From NCBI GenBank assembly GCA_000165345.1, contig CM000436.1, positions 736,001-800,000 of the forward strand: 64,000 nt of DNA. Direction: 5' to 3'. Within the stretch, counting starts at the first letter, position 1; every line of letters starts with the position of its first letter. Below are positions 21,032 to 32,800 of the stretch, piece by piece. The position numbers were made by a program, and so were the translations under genes. The notes beneath the pieces are model-generated. The model saw only the letters and a list, made by a program, of their open reading frames with translations, was not told the origin of the DNA and made no database searches.

Positions 21032-21753
21032 TTTTCGTCTTCGCTATAAGTCAGACGTGCAATTAAGCTAGCCATTCAGTCGCTACGGAATTGTTATTTC
21101 ACAAATTTTGAATTGAGCTTGTACTGGAAATTATTCAGCAACCAGAATTTTAGTTTAGTTTATTTACTTATTTAGTTGGAGAAGGAGACTAATATTGCCC
21201 TACTTTATAGTCAATTATCTTCATTTAATATGCCAAATATATACTTTTCGCTTCGTTTCCTGCATATCAACAGTATTTTGAATTGGCCCCACGCTTAATT
21301 ACGAGACATACATGCTTTTTTTGCAAGTATTTTCAAGTGGATTACATTTTAGTCTCCCGTCTCTGTCTCCAATCTTTTATTTCAAATTTTTAAAGTTGCA
21401 AAGATATCAAGATTATGTGAAGGGAAACAATTTTGATTTAGCTCAGTCCAGTTCCATCTTATTTGTATTTATCTTTAGCTTGATTCATTAATTTATGTAT
21501 TTTATACCGTCTTTTTTGTACTTCTTTGCGTTATGATCGTCCATTAATTAACAATTTTCAGTGTGTAGACTCTTTCTGATTCTCCTGATCATGCTTGAGG
21601 TTTTGAATGATCGATATTCAATTTATGTAGCTATTTTTTTTCTAAAATTAATTATAGAGCGGCGCAGATTATGTTGAGTGCAATGTGTGGATGCTGGCGT
21701 AGAAATAATTTTGATTCATAAAGAAATGTAGAAGCCACAATAGTAAATAAAAT

Positions 21754-23640
21754 ATGAGCATATATATATCTAATGATTATTCTGAGCCTAATTGTAATGT
21801 TCTACCGGATTGTAAATACAGTTTGTGCTACGTAAACTTAGCTCTAAATTCTCAAAAAATTGGGAGAAAGGGGAAATTTCAATCTAAAAGTTTTGAGTTC
21901 TTTGTTACCTTATACAAAAAGAATTTATTAACTGACGAGGAATTACAAATAGGAAGTTGCAGAATATTACCTTCGAATTATTGCACGCCATTTGAAAGGA
22001 ATTATTGTACAGTTTATTTTAATTTTTTTTCAATAGATGAATTAAAAGAATTTTTGGAAAAGAACGAAATAATTGTAATATTGAAGTTAGGTTTTGGCAT
22101 TAATCATTTTGAGGTGTTGTTTGACGAAACGATAAATTACTTCATCAAACCAGTAACAAGCATTAAGAATGAGTTATTTTTATCAAACAAAAATAACGAT
22201 TTCGAAGTTACTTTTATTGTTAATGTCGAGTGGTTTGCAACAATTCCTAAAATCATTAAAAACAATAGTGAAAACCTCGAAAAGCTAGACAAAAATATTC
22301 CTATCTCTTCGGGCTTAAAGATTGAGAATAAAATCTTTAATATTAATATGATTGATAATCCTAATATGAGTTTGATATATGAAAAAACAATTTGCAATGA
22401 CCCAATTATATCGAAAAAGATAGTTTGTTCGCAACCTATAACGAAAGCACTAAGTAAACATACTATTGACAAGTCAAAAAATATTAAGAACAATTTTTTT
22501 GCACCAAGTATTCACTCTTTGAACAATATAGGCAGTTGGACTGTAAAAATTAAAAATATTATATTGACTGAAAATGGGTTCACGTTTCTTCATGATAAGT
22601 TCCCAAAATATAGACAATCAAAAAGTTACAAGGTTATTGTCCAGTATTGCATTAAAAATGAAGATGGAAAAACTATAACACAAACTAGAAAGCATTGGAG
22701 TATAATGAGTTTTTTAAAGAATTACAATAATTTTTCTATTGATAATAGAATTCCAAGAAAACTTTACTACATTGCAAAAGCAAATATTTATTCTAGAATT
22801 CCTGAAACTATCATCGATAAAATAGAGGAAAAATACTTTCATATTAGTTTTTCGATTCCAAATTCACAAATACTATATGAATCAAAAGTTGATAAAGGAA
22901 ATGCTATTTTTTATGGCATATTGCATCCAAATGAAATTTCTTTAACTAAAGAATCTTTGGTCAAGCTTTATTCAGAGTTTCATAAAAAGAAATGTTTAGG
23001 TTATGCATTAATATCATTCTCAGATATAAAAGAAAAACCTTATGATAGTATAAACCTTCATGATAAAATCGATCGAATTATCGAAACAAAGAATAATTCA
23101 AATAAGAAACAATGCAAGGCGGGCTATTTAGAAGGAATGAGTATTATTTATCTGTATATATACTGGCACATTCAATTTCGGGCAAAAAATGAAAGGAAAA
23201 CACCTGAAAGTATTTTAGTGGAGTTTTATTCAAAGATTTCAAGTTCCAAAACTATTGAAGGAGGAGTAAATGTAACAGGAATGAAGAAGTGTGTAAGCGC
23301 ATTAATACACTCTAATACTGAATTAGCTCATAGTTTGATGAGCTACACAGGCTGTATTCCTGAAAACCTCACATTGTTTAACAACGTTTATGAATTGAGG
23401 TATTATTTACTTTTTCCTCATCTTGAAACATTTGAAAACTCTTGTAATGATATTTTTTCAAATGACAATTCAAAAGTTTTCAACGAATACGAATTTGCTT
23501 ATAAATGTAATGAGTTGGGCATAAGAGAATGCATCTCAATTACTTGGAGAGAAATGATGAAATCATCCTTTGAAGATATTTCTTTGAAAGCTTATAGATC
23601 GTGTTTGCAGCTCTATAAGGTTGAAAATATATTCTTGTAA
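21754..23640 (+). CDS. Hypothetical protein of 628 aa, Lys/Asn/Ile-rich, with no recognised domain.
   Basis: ATG at 21754. The ORF is long and uninterrupted, and the codon usage matches neighbouring genes. Confidence 0.5.
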   Translation: MSIYISNDYSEPNCNVLPDCKYSLCYVNLALNSQKIGRKGKFQSKSFEFFVTLYKKNLLTDEELQIGSCRILPSNYCTPFERNYCTVYFNFFSIDELKEFLEKNEIIVILKLGFGINHFEVLFDETINYFIKPVTSIKNELFLSNKNNDFEVTFIVNVEWFATIPKIIKNNSENLEKLDKNIPISSGLKIENKIFNINMIDNPNMSLIYEKTICNDPIISKKIVCSQPITKALSKHTIDKSKNIKNNFFAPSIHSLNNIGSWTVKIKNIILTENGFTFLHDKFPKYRQSKSYKVIVQYCIKNEDGKTITQTRKHWSIMSFLKNYNNFSIDNRIPRKLYYIAKANIYSRIPETIIDKIEEKYFHISFSIPNSQILYESKVDKGNAIFYGILHPNEISLTKESLVKLYSEFHKKKCLGYALISFSDIKEKPYDSINLHDKIDRIIETKNNSNKKQCKAGYLEGMSIIYLYIYWHIQFRAKNERKTPESILVEFYSKISSSKTIEGGVNVTGMKKCVSALIHSNTELAHSLMSYTGCIPENLTLFNNVYELRYYLLFPHLETFENSCNDIFSNDNSKVFNEYEFAYKCNELGIRECISITWREMMKSSFEDISLKAYRSCLQLYKVENIFL

Positions 23641-23758
23641 ATTAAGAAGAGAATTTTGGAAGACAAAGCAATTAACCTAAACTAGATAAGAGCTAGTTTC
23701 AAATTTAGTCTTCAAGATTTGTTTCCCAAAAAATACTTGCAATGCAGTACAAATTTGT

Positions 23759-24022
23759 TCAATTTTTTAGCATTGTATCTTTTTTTTCATCGTTGTACAT
23801 AGGGTCTCCAGAGTCAATACTAGGCTCCTGCTCGCATATTGTGCCTTCTTCACCTAAAGGCTTATAATTCAGGTCAAGTTATTTCAAATTTCACTTACCC
23901 CAGTTATATTTACCTGAGCCTCCTTTAATACCAGATTTATTTCCATATGCAGAGCTCTTTGGGTTCATACTATGACGGTCTAGTCTAGTATCCTTGTCAT
24001 GTTTCGGCTTGGAATGCGTCAT
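23759..24022 (-). CDS. Candidate small two-exon gene of about 72 aa, not in the ORF track. It has a basic N-terminal half and an acidic C-terminal half. Exons (minus strand) are 24022..23899 and 23853..23759. The intron of about 45 nt, GTAAGT...TTTAG, spans 23898..23854.
   Basis: ATG at 24022-24020. Exon 1 reads MTHSKPKHDKDTRLDRHSMNPKSSAYGNKSGIKGGSGKYNW-G and is followed by a GTAAGT donor that splits a Gly codon (phase 1). The acceptor cctttag restores the frame (G)EEGTICEQEPSIDSGDPMYNDEKKDTMLKN to a TGA ending at 23759. The gene fits exactly into the otherwise empty gap between two convergent genes. Confidence 0.3.
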
Positions 24023-24272
24023 CTCTTTAAGACTCTTAATTTATTTCGGTTAATTAGAAAAAAAATGGCATGCAATCCAAATAGACTTAAGTTGGATAGC
24101 GCAAACTAAAAGTGGCGCCTAATGCAATTTTTTTTTTCCTTAATGACGATTTAATTCCTTGAAACGAACATTGAAAAGATCGATAATTTAAGAAAATTTG
24201 CATGAGAAGGATATTTATGTTAGTAATTATAAAAGCAATTAAATATTAATGCTATAGAGTTAGAAATGTATT

Positions 24273-25253
24273 TTATTTGTTATTAGACTCATTGATTGCC
24301 ATGAAAATAAGGTGAGCTCTACTTTTGTGTTTTTCACTTTCATTGTGATTTTTATCGGGGTGGCAAAGTATTATGGCCTTCCTATATGCCTTCTTTACTA
24401 GCTCTATATCTGACATTAGTTTGGAGAATTCAATAGGTTCCCATTGGGCATTTTCCCATAATACCTGCTGAAGTGAGCTTAGTAAAACGCGAATATCTTT
24501 GTATGAGCCGTCAGGTTTTCTAGACCATCTACTAATTTCTTCAACAAGATCTTCGTAGCCAAAGTTGTCACTCTTTTCGTCATTACTTGATTCCAAAATT
24601 CTTGATTCTAGGACTTTTTGTGAGGTAAATGATTTTTTATTACTTAAAAATTTTGTTTGTTCATCATCTACTATATCAATAAAGTTGGAGTCATCTGAAT
24701 TGTCAAATTTAGTAGGGGTAGGCGCTTGAAATATATTGTTTTGAATTTTAGAGTTAGATCTATCAACATATTCTTTTTCATCAGTTTCGTAAGGCATACA
24801 CATATTCACAGTTTTTGCTTCATAATTTGAATTAACGGATTTTGTATGAATACCATCATAATTTGATGATGAGAAATTAACAAAAACTAGTATTTTTAGA
24901 ATGATTTTAGAGTTATATGGGGTTGCAGTGTCTTGGTCAGTAACTAAGTCGCACCAAACCCATGGATAAATACCGTTGCTATCATGACTCTTATACCTTA
25001 CAGAGATGTCGCAGAGACAATTTTTTGAATAGCAACAACAAAACTTATATTTAGGAATTATTTCTTTTATTCGTTCAAGTGTAATGCTTCTAAAATTTAA
25101 CTTATCTTTGCTTTGAACTAAATTGAATTGCTCTGGCTCATGATATTCCCCAAATCGATTTGCATATTGAATACAATAAAATATATGCTCACTGTTGTGT
25201 TTTTTGATAGAGTCGGTTGAAAGTGCACTTAAACTTTTTTTAATAAAATCCAT
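24273..25253 (-). CDS. J-domain protein with a C-terminal auxilin-type J domain, a candidate clathrin-uncoating Hsc70 co-chaperone.
   Basis: True ATG. The C-terminus WEPIEFSKLMSDIELVKKAYRKAIILCHPDKNH...AHLIFMAINES closely parallels the auxilin/GAK J domain (VKKVYRKAVLVVHPDK...IFMELNDA). Confidence 0.6.
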   Translation of the reverse strand: MDFIKKSLSALSTDSIKKHNSEHIFYCIQYANRFGEYHEPEQFNLVQSKDKLNFRSITLERIKEIIPKYKFCCCYSKNCLCDISVRYKSHDSNGIYPWVWCDLVTDQDTATPYNSKIILKILVFVNFSSSNYDGIHTKSVNSNYEAKTVNMCMPYETDEKEYVDRSNSKIQNNIFQAPTPTKFDNSDDSNFIDIVDDEQTKFLSNKKSFTSQKVLESRILESSNDEKSDNFGYEDLVEEISRWSRKPDGSYKDIRVLLSSLQQVLWENAQWEPIEFSKLMSDIELVKKAYRKAIILCHPDKNHNESEKHKSRAHLIFMAINESNNK

Positions 25254-25908
25254 TTTGTAGATTAGGTTTATACTAAATTTTCGTATTCATGGCTTTGGTA
25301 TTACGACGAGATAGTTTTCACTTCAATATTACTTTTAGAAACTTAATATTTGTTGTCGTCAGGTAATAAAAATAATTATTAATCCATCAAAGTTGAATAA
25401 CTAAACTTCAAAACTAGTAGTTTCAAACTGTCTATAAATAGGCGCAAAAAAGGTCCAAAAACAACCAACATGAAGGCCGACGGCATCCAAACCGGCAAGC
25501 TATGTAAAACGATACAAATTCAAAGACAAAATGTCGATTAGGCATCTAAAAACAGCATTAAATGCGCTTATCTCATGTATAGCCTGCATTAGAATTGATA
25601 AGTAGTACTTAGTATTTACACCTAAAGATCATTATGAAACTAAAATGTATTAGTTTCGTAGTATAATCAATCTATAGTTTGCTTAGCAATCAGCCGAGGT
25701 CATCAAGTAAAAAATATTTTGCAAAAAAAAAAAATTAGTTACCAGCAAACCTCGAATAATTCACCTAGGTACGATATAGCCATCTGAGAGGACAAAGGCG
25801 GAATCCTTCCATATTCCTTAAATAATATAAAGTTAAAAATTATATTCTTCATTATTAGTTATTAAAACAGAGAAAAAGTAACGAATAATTAAGAACATTG
25901 TTATTAAG

Positions 25909-26565
25909 TCATCCATAGATCCTTACAGATTTTCCCATTGTACTCTTTACTGTTAGACTCTTGATGTTGTGCCAATTCTTCTTCAATAGTGATACTAAGA
26001 AGTTAATTGCTAAAGTTAGGTTTTGTCTAATCTCTTCCTCTGTCATGTTAACGTTACCAATTGCCACACCAAGGCACAACACCTTCTTCAATTGGAACTT
26101 GATACTTGCCTTTAATTCATTCGCCTTCTCGTCAATTTTGTCGCTCGGGGTGATAACTGTTGGGAATTTACCTGCCTTATTTAATCCTGGACCTAATAGA
26201 CGTGGTATCTGTGGTAATAGTACCTGAGATGCCAAAAACAAATCGTACTTCTTGCAAAGTTTCTTGACAACCTTCTTGTTTTTGTTGATCTTCTTCATCT
26301 CTTCAATATCCATTACATCGAAGCCCAGTTTCTGTGCTCTTTCACAATCAGCAGCATCTCCCATTACACATACACGAGCATTTGGTCTTGGGACATTTGG
26401 TAAACGCACTGTACCAGCAAAACGCTTGTCTCTCTGAGTATCGTAATCCTTTAGCCCAATTTGCAATTCAACAGTCTCAACAAATTTCCTTGGCTTGGCC
26501 TTTGAGCCTTCCAAAATCTCAGAAATTGCACGACGAATAGTTTCGCTACTAACTTTCCCACTCAT
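25909..26565 (-). CDS. RPL10A: 60S ribosomal protein L10a (uL1).
   Basis: The 218-aa intronless [21 protein letters not shown]...[14 protein letters not shown]...[12 protein letters not shown] is the typical eukaryotic L10a/L1 sequence. Confidence 0.9.
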   Translation of the reverse strand: MSGKVSSETIRRAISEILEGSKAKPRKFVETVELQIGLKDYDTQRDKRFAGTVRLPNVPRPNARVCVMGDAADCERAQKLGFDVMDIEEMKKINKNKKVVKKLCKKYDLFLASQVLLPQIPRLLGPGLNKAGKFPTVITPSDKIDEKANELKASIKFQLKKVLCLGVAIGNVNMTEEEIRQNLTLAINFLVSLLKKNWHNIKSLTVKSTMGKSVRIYG

Positions 26566-27116
26566 TGCTGATAACTATATATTAATTATAGATCCGATAG
26601 TATATCTGACTCAAAATCTAATGGAGACGATTTAGAGGATTGATTTAAAGTTTATTGAAAACTTACGGCTTAGTTGATCGCGTCCAATCGCAAAAAGACA
26701 GAATTATTATTACGTTTGTAATTAATTACACTAAATAACTTATTGGAATATATTTGACTATTAAAAATTCAGTTAATTTGATAAATTAAATAAATAATAA
26801 ATTAATAATTATACTGTCCAAAACGCTATGTCTCCAATGCCCGGTATTTATTTAATACCTATATAGCAATTATTATGATAAAAATAAAAACTCATACGTC
26901 TCAAAGAAGCTTAGTTACCGCTATTTTTAAACAAATTCGCAAAATTGCATGGAGTTGAAACCTGAAATTATTATCAGCTCATGCAATTACAAATGAACTC
27001 ACTCAGAAGTTCTCAGTAAATTAAAAAATATTGTTAGCGATTATAGATTATCAAGCAATATCTGTAAAACAATATTCTTGTTTTCATAATAACGTGCCCT
27101 AGACTTTCGCCATTCA

Positions 27117-27593
27117 ATGTGTCAAAACCGCATCTCTGAACATAAATATTCGAGGAAAAAAGTCGTTTCAAAAAAAGATGCAACTAAAAATTTGAGCATT
27201 CTTAATAAGAAGATAGATGCAACTGTGAAAAAACTCGACTCATCCAAATTTGGCGACAGTAAATATGACGATTTTGGAAGATTAAGTAAACGCGCTTTCA
27301 AGTTTCAAAGAAAATGTGAAACAAAGGACTCAATAATTAATAAGCATGAGAAAAGAGACTTGGAGCATGAAAACATCACTAGTTCAGAGAAATGTGAAGT
27401 AGAAAGCAATAGCCCTTTATCCGAGTCGGAGGTTATTAAAGAAATGTTTGGTATTGAGCGATTCGAAACATCAAAAAATAAAAACCACTCAACATCTAGC
27501 CTTTCTTGCTTTAGTATTAAATCAAAAAGGAAGTACAGACAATATATGAATAGACCAGGTGGTTTCAATAGGCCCCTTTCTCCTACTCAGTAA
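27117..27593 (+). CDS. Hypothetical Lys/Ser-rich small protein of 158 aa.
   Basis: ATG at 27117. It lies in a gap of about 1 kb between RPL10a and DENR. I recognise no domain. An antisense ORF (27305-27568) overlaps it, so strand assignment is uncertain. Confidence 0.3.
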   Translation: MCQNRISEHKYSRKKVVSKKDATKNLSILNKKIDATVKKLDSSKFGDSKYDDFGRLSKRAFKFQRKCETKDSIINKHEKRDLEHENITSSEKCEVESNSPLSESEVIKEMFGIERFETSKNKNHSTSSLSCFSIKSKRKYRQYMNRPGGFNRPLSPTQ

Positions 27594-27620
27594 CATAAAT
27601 AATTAGTCTATATTCGATAA

Positions 27621-28145
27621 TTATGTTTGTATAACGATATTACTTGGCTCAATATTTGGGTAAATTTTCAAAATGAATTCCGCAATTGTAATGTCAAAAT
27701 CACCTTGTACATCTATATGATCGGGTTTTCCACTGGTTCCCTTAACTACAGAAGCACCGCAAGAAAACTGTTTTGCAAATTTCTTTGCCGCCTCACTGAG
27801 CTGAATATCGAATAGTTCCAGCCCATTAACTACTGTTACATTCTTTCTCCTAGCTCTACTCTCTACTTTAATCGTGATTACGTTTTGTTTGGTCTTTTTT
27901 TTCTTTGCTGAATTTGATTCTTCATGTTTTTTTTGAGCGCTTCCTTGGGATATCTGAGTTTCGTCAATTTTAAGAGAAGTATTTAATTGTGAATCCAGTT
28001 TATTTGCTTCTGAAACTTCGTTGTGTCCTAATATTTTATTTTTCGTACATTGACCATACTCACAATAATCAGTAGGTAGTCCACAGCTTTTACAGTATTC
28101 AATTGTTTGTATTTCTTTGATGACTTCTCTTGTCTTAATTTCCAT
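27621..28145 (-). CDS. DENR: Density-regulated protein (DENR)-like translation reinitiation factor with an N-terminal Cys-rich zinc-binding region and a C-terminal SUI1 domain.
   Basis: The N-terminal cysteines are CKSCGLPTDYCEYGQC. The SUI1 block KNVTVVNGLELFDIQLSEAAKKFAKQFSCGASVVKG...IDVQGDFDITIAEFI closely matches DENR (FAQKFSCGASV...IIIQGDF). Confidence 0.8.
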   Translation of the reverse strand: MEIKTREVIKEIQTIEYCKSCGLPTDYCEYGQCTKNKILGHNEVSEANKLDSQLNTSLKIDETQISQGSAQKKHEESNSAKKKKTKQNVITIKVESRARRKNVTVVNGLELFDIQLSEAAKKFAKQFSCGASVVKGTSGKPDHIDVQGDFDITIAEFILKIYPNIEPSNIVIQT

Positions 28146-28594
28146 GGTTTGTAAAAAGTAATTATATTGATATTTGCAAAAAAAGAGCGGTTAAAAAAAG
28201 AAAAAAATATTAAGCTTGGCAATACTGAGGAAAATATACAGTTAACTTAAATATTACAGAATTTTTATCAAGTTATTAAGGTTAATGAAAATAGCTAAGG
28301 CTTATGATATTATTTCATCCGTTACACAAAATTTATAAAGATTATAAATATTTTAAAATAAGTAATATATGTGTAGTTAATTAGAAATTGAATGCTTTAT
28401 AGACACAAGTTATTGGGTTTGAATCGAATATATTAATTGGTTGCATTATTATATTCTTAAAACACATTTTCAAATATTCAGCGGTCTACTGTGTGAGATT
28501 GAAAAACTCAGAGCGCCAAAGAAAATGGATTTTAAGGGCTGATGAATAATTAGATTATTTCCAAGGAAAAAGGAAATTTTCGAACCAAACAAAA

Positions 28595-29761
28595 ATGAAG
28601 CAGTTTGATGCATTTTCAAAGCCAATATCTGAGTTCCGTATAAAAACTGCATTTGGAGGATACTTAACAATATTGAGTATGATCGCCATGATCATACTGT
28701 TTTATTCTGAATTAAAATATTACTTAAACATAACTAGAAAGGATGAAGTTACTGTTGATCATTTGTCTTCTAATAGAAATATTAACCTTAGGATGCAGTT
28801 GGAATTCCCAAAACTCCCGTGCGATATATTGGGGGTACGAATAATTAATCTTCAGGAAAATAAAGAAATATATTTACCAGATGGAGGAATAGAGTTCGTT
28901 AAGATCGGTTCAAATGAAAGTAATGCAAATAGTTCTTCTGGATGTGGTCCTTGCTATGACGCATCTATTATCAATGATTTGGGAGCAGTTAATTGTTGTA
29001 ATACATGCAAAGATATTTTTAATGAATACGATAAAAAAGGAATTAAGTTACCTCATGTAATAAGTTTCAAACAATGTGATTATGATAAATCGAAGAGGAT
29101 TTCAAATGCATTGTCTTCTAACTTAAATTCAGAAGGGTGCAAGATTAAAGTAAATGGATACATCCCAAAAGTTAAAGGTAAAATTGAGATTTCTCACAAA
29201 AGATGGGTTAAATATAAGGAAATGACAGATCTTGAGATTGCAGAAAGCCACTTATTTAACTTTTCATATAAAATGAATTATCTAGATTTTGGTGAAGAGC
29301 TGCCTGGAATTCCAAACAGATGGAAAAATCAGGAGTACATTCAAAGTTCTAGATTTGAAAAATTGGGATATTCACAAGACTTGGTTTTTGAGGATGCTTA
29401 TATTGATTTTGATATGCATTGTATACCTACACAATACAATACTATAAATAATAAGTCGATTAATTCGCACCAATTTTCAGTCAGAAGTCAATATAAAAAA
29501 GTTCTTGTTTCCTTAGCTAATGGCAAATTTATTCCCGACACTTCAATACCCGGAATACATATCAATTATGATTTTACTCCGTTCCTTGTAAAAATCACTG
29601 AAAGTCGTAGATCGTTTTTGTCGTTTATTACGGAATGTTGTGCCATAATTGGAGGAATTTTTGCATTTTCTGGAATGATTGATATATTTTTCTTTAAATT
29701 TTTATCTAGCGTAAACAAGTATAGACAAAAAAACAATACATCATTTATTCAAAATTACTAA
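28595..29761 (+). CDS. ERV46: ERGIC3/Erv46-family ER-Golgi cargo receptor, a COPII vesicle protein.
   Basis: ATG at 28595. The N-terminus is MKQFDAFSKP...TAFGGYLTILSMIAMIILF. The luminal cysteine motif CGPCYDAS...CCNTCKD is typical of ERGIC3/Erv46. The C-terminal TM is AIIGGIFAFSGMIDIFFF. Confidence 0.75.
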   Translation: MKQFDAFSKPISEFRIKTAFGGYLTILSMIAMIILFYSELKYYLNITRKDEVTVDHLSSNRNINLRMQLEFPKLPCDILGVRIINLQENKEIYLPDGGIEFVKIGSNESNANSSSGCGPCYDASIINDLGAVNCCNTCKDIFNEYDKKGIKLPHVISFKQCDYDKSKRISNALSSNLNSEGCKIKVNGYIPKVKGKIEISHKRWVKYKEMTDLEIAESHLFNFSYKMNYLDFGEELPGIPNRWKNQEYIQSSRFEKLGYSQDLVFEDAYIDFDMHCIPTQYNTINNKSINSHQFSVRSQYKKVLVSLANGKFIPDTSIPGIHINYDFTPFLVKITESRRSFLSFITECCAIIGGIFAFSGMIDIFFFKFLSSVNKYRQKNNTSFIQNY

Positions 29762-29820
29762 TATTTGTAGAAAGGGTTTTAATAATTGACTTAAATTCAA
29801 TAATAATGAATTGTATACTT

Positions 29821-32800
29821 TTATTTAAGCATTATCATTAAAAATAATATTAGTGCAATAACGCCAATTATCATTGCAATAATGAATCCTTTTTTTGCAG
29901 AGCTCCATATAGATGAAGTTGCGGATGAAATAGCTTCTCCAATTCCTTTCCAATCAACATATGTTCTGTTTTCCGTAACATCTTCCAAAACTGGGTCAAC
30001 GTTTGGGGGCTCTCTTCCTTTTCCCACTGGGTTAGAGTCCGATATTTTTCCTGGGACAATAGATATCTCGATTTCTACTTGCCCTTGAGGTGAATTTTGT
30101 TCTGTCGGATGTGAAAATCCAAACCAGGTTTTAGGAATTTTTGTGACTTGAGATGAATGTTTTTTTGCTCTTCCAAAGTCATTGCTTAAGTCAATTGAGC
30201 ACTCACCAATGTTATCACTCTGAATTAAACCATATGACCATAGTTGAAGTTTAAGGATTGGATATTGAGTTGGTATCTTAATATCAAATACAAACCTCCA
30301 GTTAAAAATTCCTGTACCATCTTTAGAATTATAATGAGTCTCTGTGGACTGAGTATCAGAATTAGATTCATCTAAACTATATATTCCGCTAACATATAAT
30401 GATATTGTAGTATTAGGTTCTATTGGAATATGCCTTACACGCCAAATCACGACTCTAAGTTGGTAACTTTGAGGATCAACCGAAGCTAGTTCAGTAATTG
30501 GCGTAGCTTTTGCAACTTGTTCTGACATTATTTCATACCACGCCCTCAATGTTCCATGAGATACAAAACTATTTTCTACCCTTAGGGTTCTCATTTCTAT
30601 AGGGGTCGAGTCACTTTCCAACATTGATTGAATTTTCGGATGGAACCAACGGTCTTCAATATCAATAAAGGTGCTTCCAATTATTTCTTCAGACATTGTT
30701 CCTGTGCCAATTAAGGAAACTCTTACTAATGCATTGTGAGGAAGAATACAACCTATCTCATATACCTGATTAAACTCGGGTTTATAGCCTTGGTGCCTAA
30801 CAAACCCTGTATCTTTGATATTATTCGGATAAACACTCTTTTTTTTTTTTCCGCTTCCATCAACCATAATACCATCCCCATTACTTTCTCTCGAGCGAAT
30901 GAATATATATACAGATGGGTTTAAATCTCCACTTGGTGGAAGAAGGCCTCTCGCAGAAAGTATGTAGCACCTTGCAACAATAGGTTTTATGTTATTGTAT
31001 TGATTTGCAATCCACATTCTATTGTCTGAAAATGTCTGAAGAACCTCTTCTTGTTCTTTTGTATCAACAATAATGTTAGTATCACTGTCTGGCTGTTGTA
31101 TAATACACAATGTATATTTTATATATCCAACAATATAATACAATCCTTTTTCGTTTATAGATACAATTGGAAGTGTCTGATAAGGCAGCTCTGCAGGATC
31201 TAGGTCTTGCTCTAATTCGTATGGAATTTCAAATCTTTGCTCAGTTTCATCTTCTTCAGAAAATATTTTCAAATCGAAGTTCAAGAGCCTTGCATCGAAA
31301 CCAAAAAGTGTTCCAACCTCTTTCAGTTTTAGAGCAAGATTTGCTTGGTCATCATCTTTAGAATTAAAACTTACGTCAATATAAACACTCTCATCTTTTT
31401 TCTCAGTTTTCATTAGATCAATGGCAGGGTAAAAAAATGAATTTGATGCTTCTGCATCGTATGTAGGGCTTGATTTTGAAACTATATTTGTAGGCGCAGA
31501 TATTGATTTCATCGTATTAAGAACTCTTTGATCATTTCCAGAAGAGTCTTCATCATCATCATCTTCTTCTTCTTCTTGATCAAGCCCTGCAATATTAATC
31601 TGATTATCATTTTCGCATTCAATTGATCCGTTAATTAATTCATCCAAAGTAGTTAAATGAAAAAATTCTTTATTAAACTTTCTTGAATTTTCGTCATACC
31701 ATGGTATTGCTGAGTTGAAATAAAGTATCGCGAATCCTGAAGATATACTAGATTCACCTGAATATCCAGAAACTTTTTCATTAACAGTAATCTCGAAATA
31801 AGACTGAAACACATCTCTTTTAGGTAGTTCGGCAGTTATCGCAAAATCATGTAAATAGTTCCAATTCCCTTCATCACCACAATTTGGAGATGGGGTTGAA
31901 TCATGCCAAAGGGGTGCGTTAGATTCTTCAACCTCACGGCCATAAGACACGGACACGGTTGGACTATTAAGAGATCTAAACATACGAACTCCTATGACAA
32001 ATAATCGTACGTCAGCGGGGAATGTTGTTGGCCGAATATCATCATAAAATGGATACTGTTTAACTTCATCAACAGATATCAACTCAAAAGAACACAATAT
32101 CCTTGCATTTGTATCTTCTTTTGGATTTTTTGTATCTGAGGGTTTGAGATGAAGCCAAATTGGCGAAGACTTCCATACCTTGGGAATCTGCGCAAGTTTA
32201 TAAGATGTAAATCCTATTCTAGAATCAGAACTTAAATAACCATGGCTCTGGCTAAAGGTTTCAATCAAAATATCTGATCCTAATGATAAATTTGTTGGCA
32301 GTGAAATCTGAACTTCATATGCTTCGTACCATTGTGGGGCTATAGACGATTCTATTGTACGAGATTGAATTGTTTGGTCACCAATAGACACTTTAACATA
32401 TGGGTTTGGTAATGATGACCCAACTCCCCTCAAGTTCATTCCTTCATAGATGAACGACCTAAAGTAATAGTTCTGAAGCGTATAAACCAATCGATCGGGA
32501 CGTTCTGACGCCGTATTCGCAGGGAGAATGACTATGCTTGCAAGCACATTGAATGTATATCCAGAACTCATGTCGAAAATCGGCTTCAATGTATACCAAT
32601 TTGGGTTCCCGTTAGAGTTGTTGGAAACTTCAGAGAGCAAAACCCTAGTGAATGATGCTCTCGTAAATGAAGGTGAAGACCAAAATGTTGCTCCTGAGCC
32701 GGTTTGAGAATAAATAAATAGGTCCCAAGGATCCTGCCCATCCGATAAATAAAAATATGTTTCATCAATCCTCCCTGTTTGTTCATCAAATATAATTGAT

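Noticed and set aside
25254-25908. Slightly GC-richer island (ggtccaaaaacaaccaacatgaaggccgacggcatccaaaccggcaagc) and micro-ORFs of 25-35 aa in the auxilin/RPL10a spacer, considered as an snoRNA or other ncRNA, or a micro-gene.
   Set aside because: I found no recognisable C/D or H/ACA boxes in the proper arrangement, no splice-consistent exon structure, and ORFs too short and unsupported. It is most likely promoter or UTR sequence.
27305-27568. Antisense ORF of 87 aa on the - strand overlapping the 27117-27593 + ORF.
   Set aside because: It is shorter than the overlapping + strand ORF, has no homology, and is hydrophobic low complexity. At most one of the two is real, and the + ORF is retained at low confidence.
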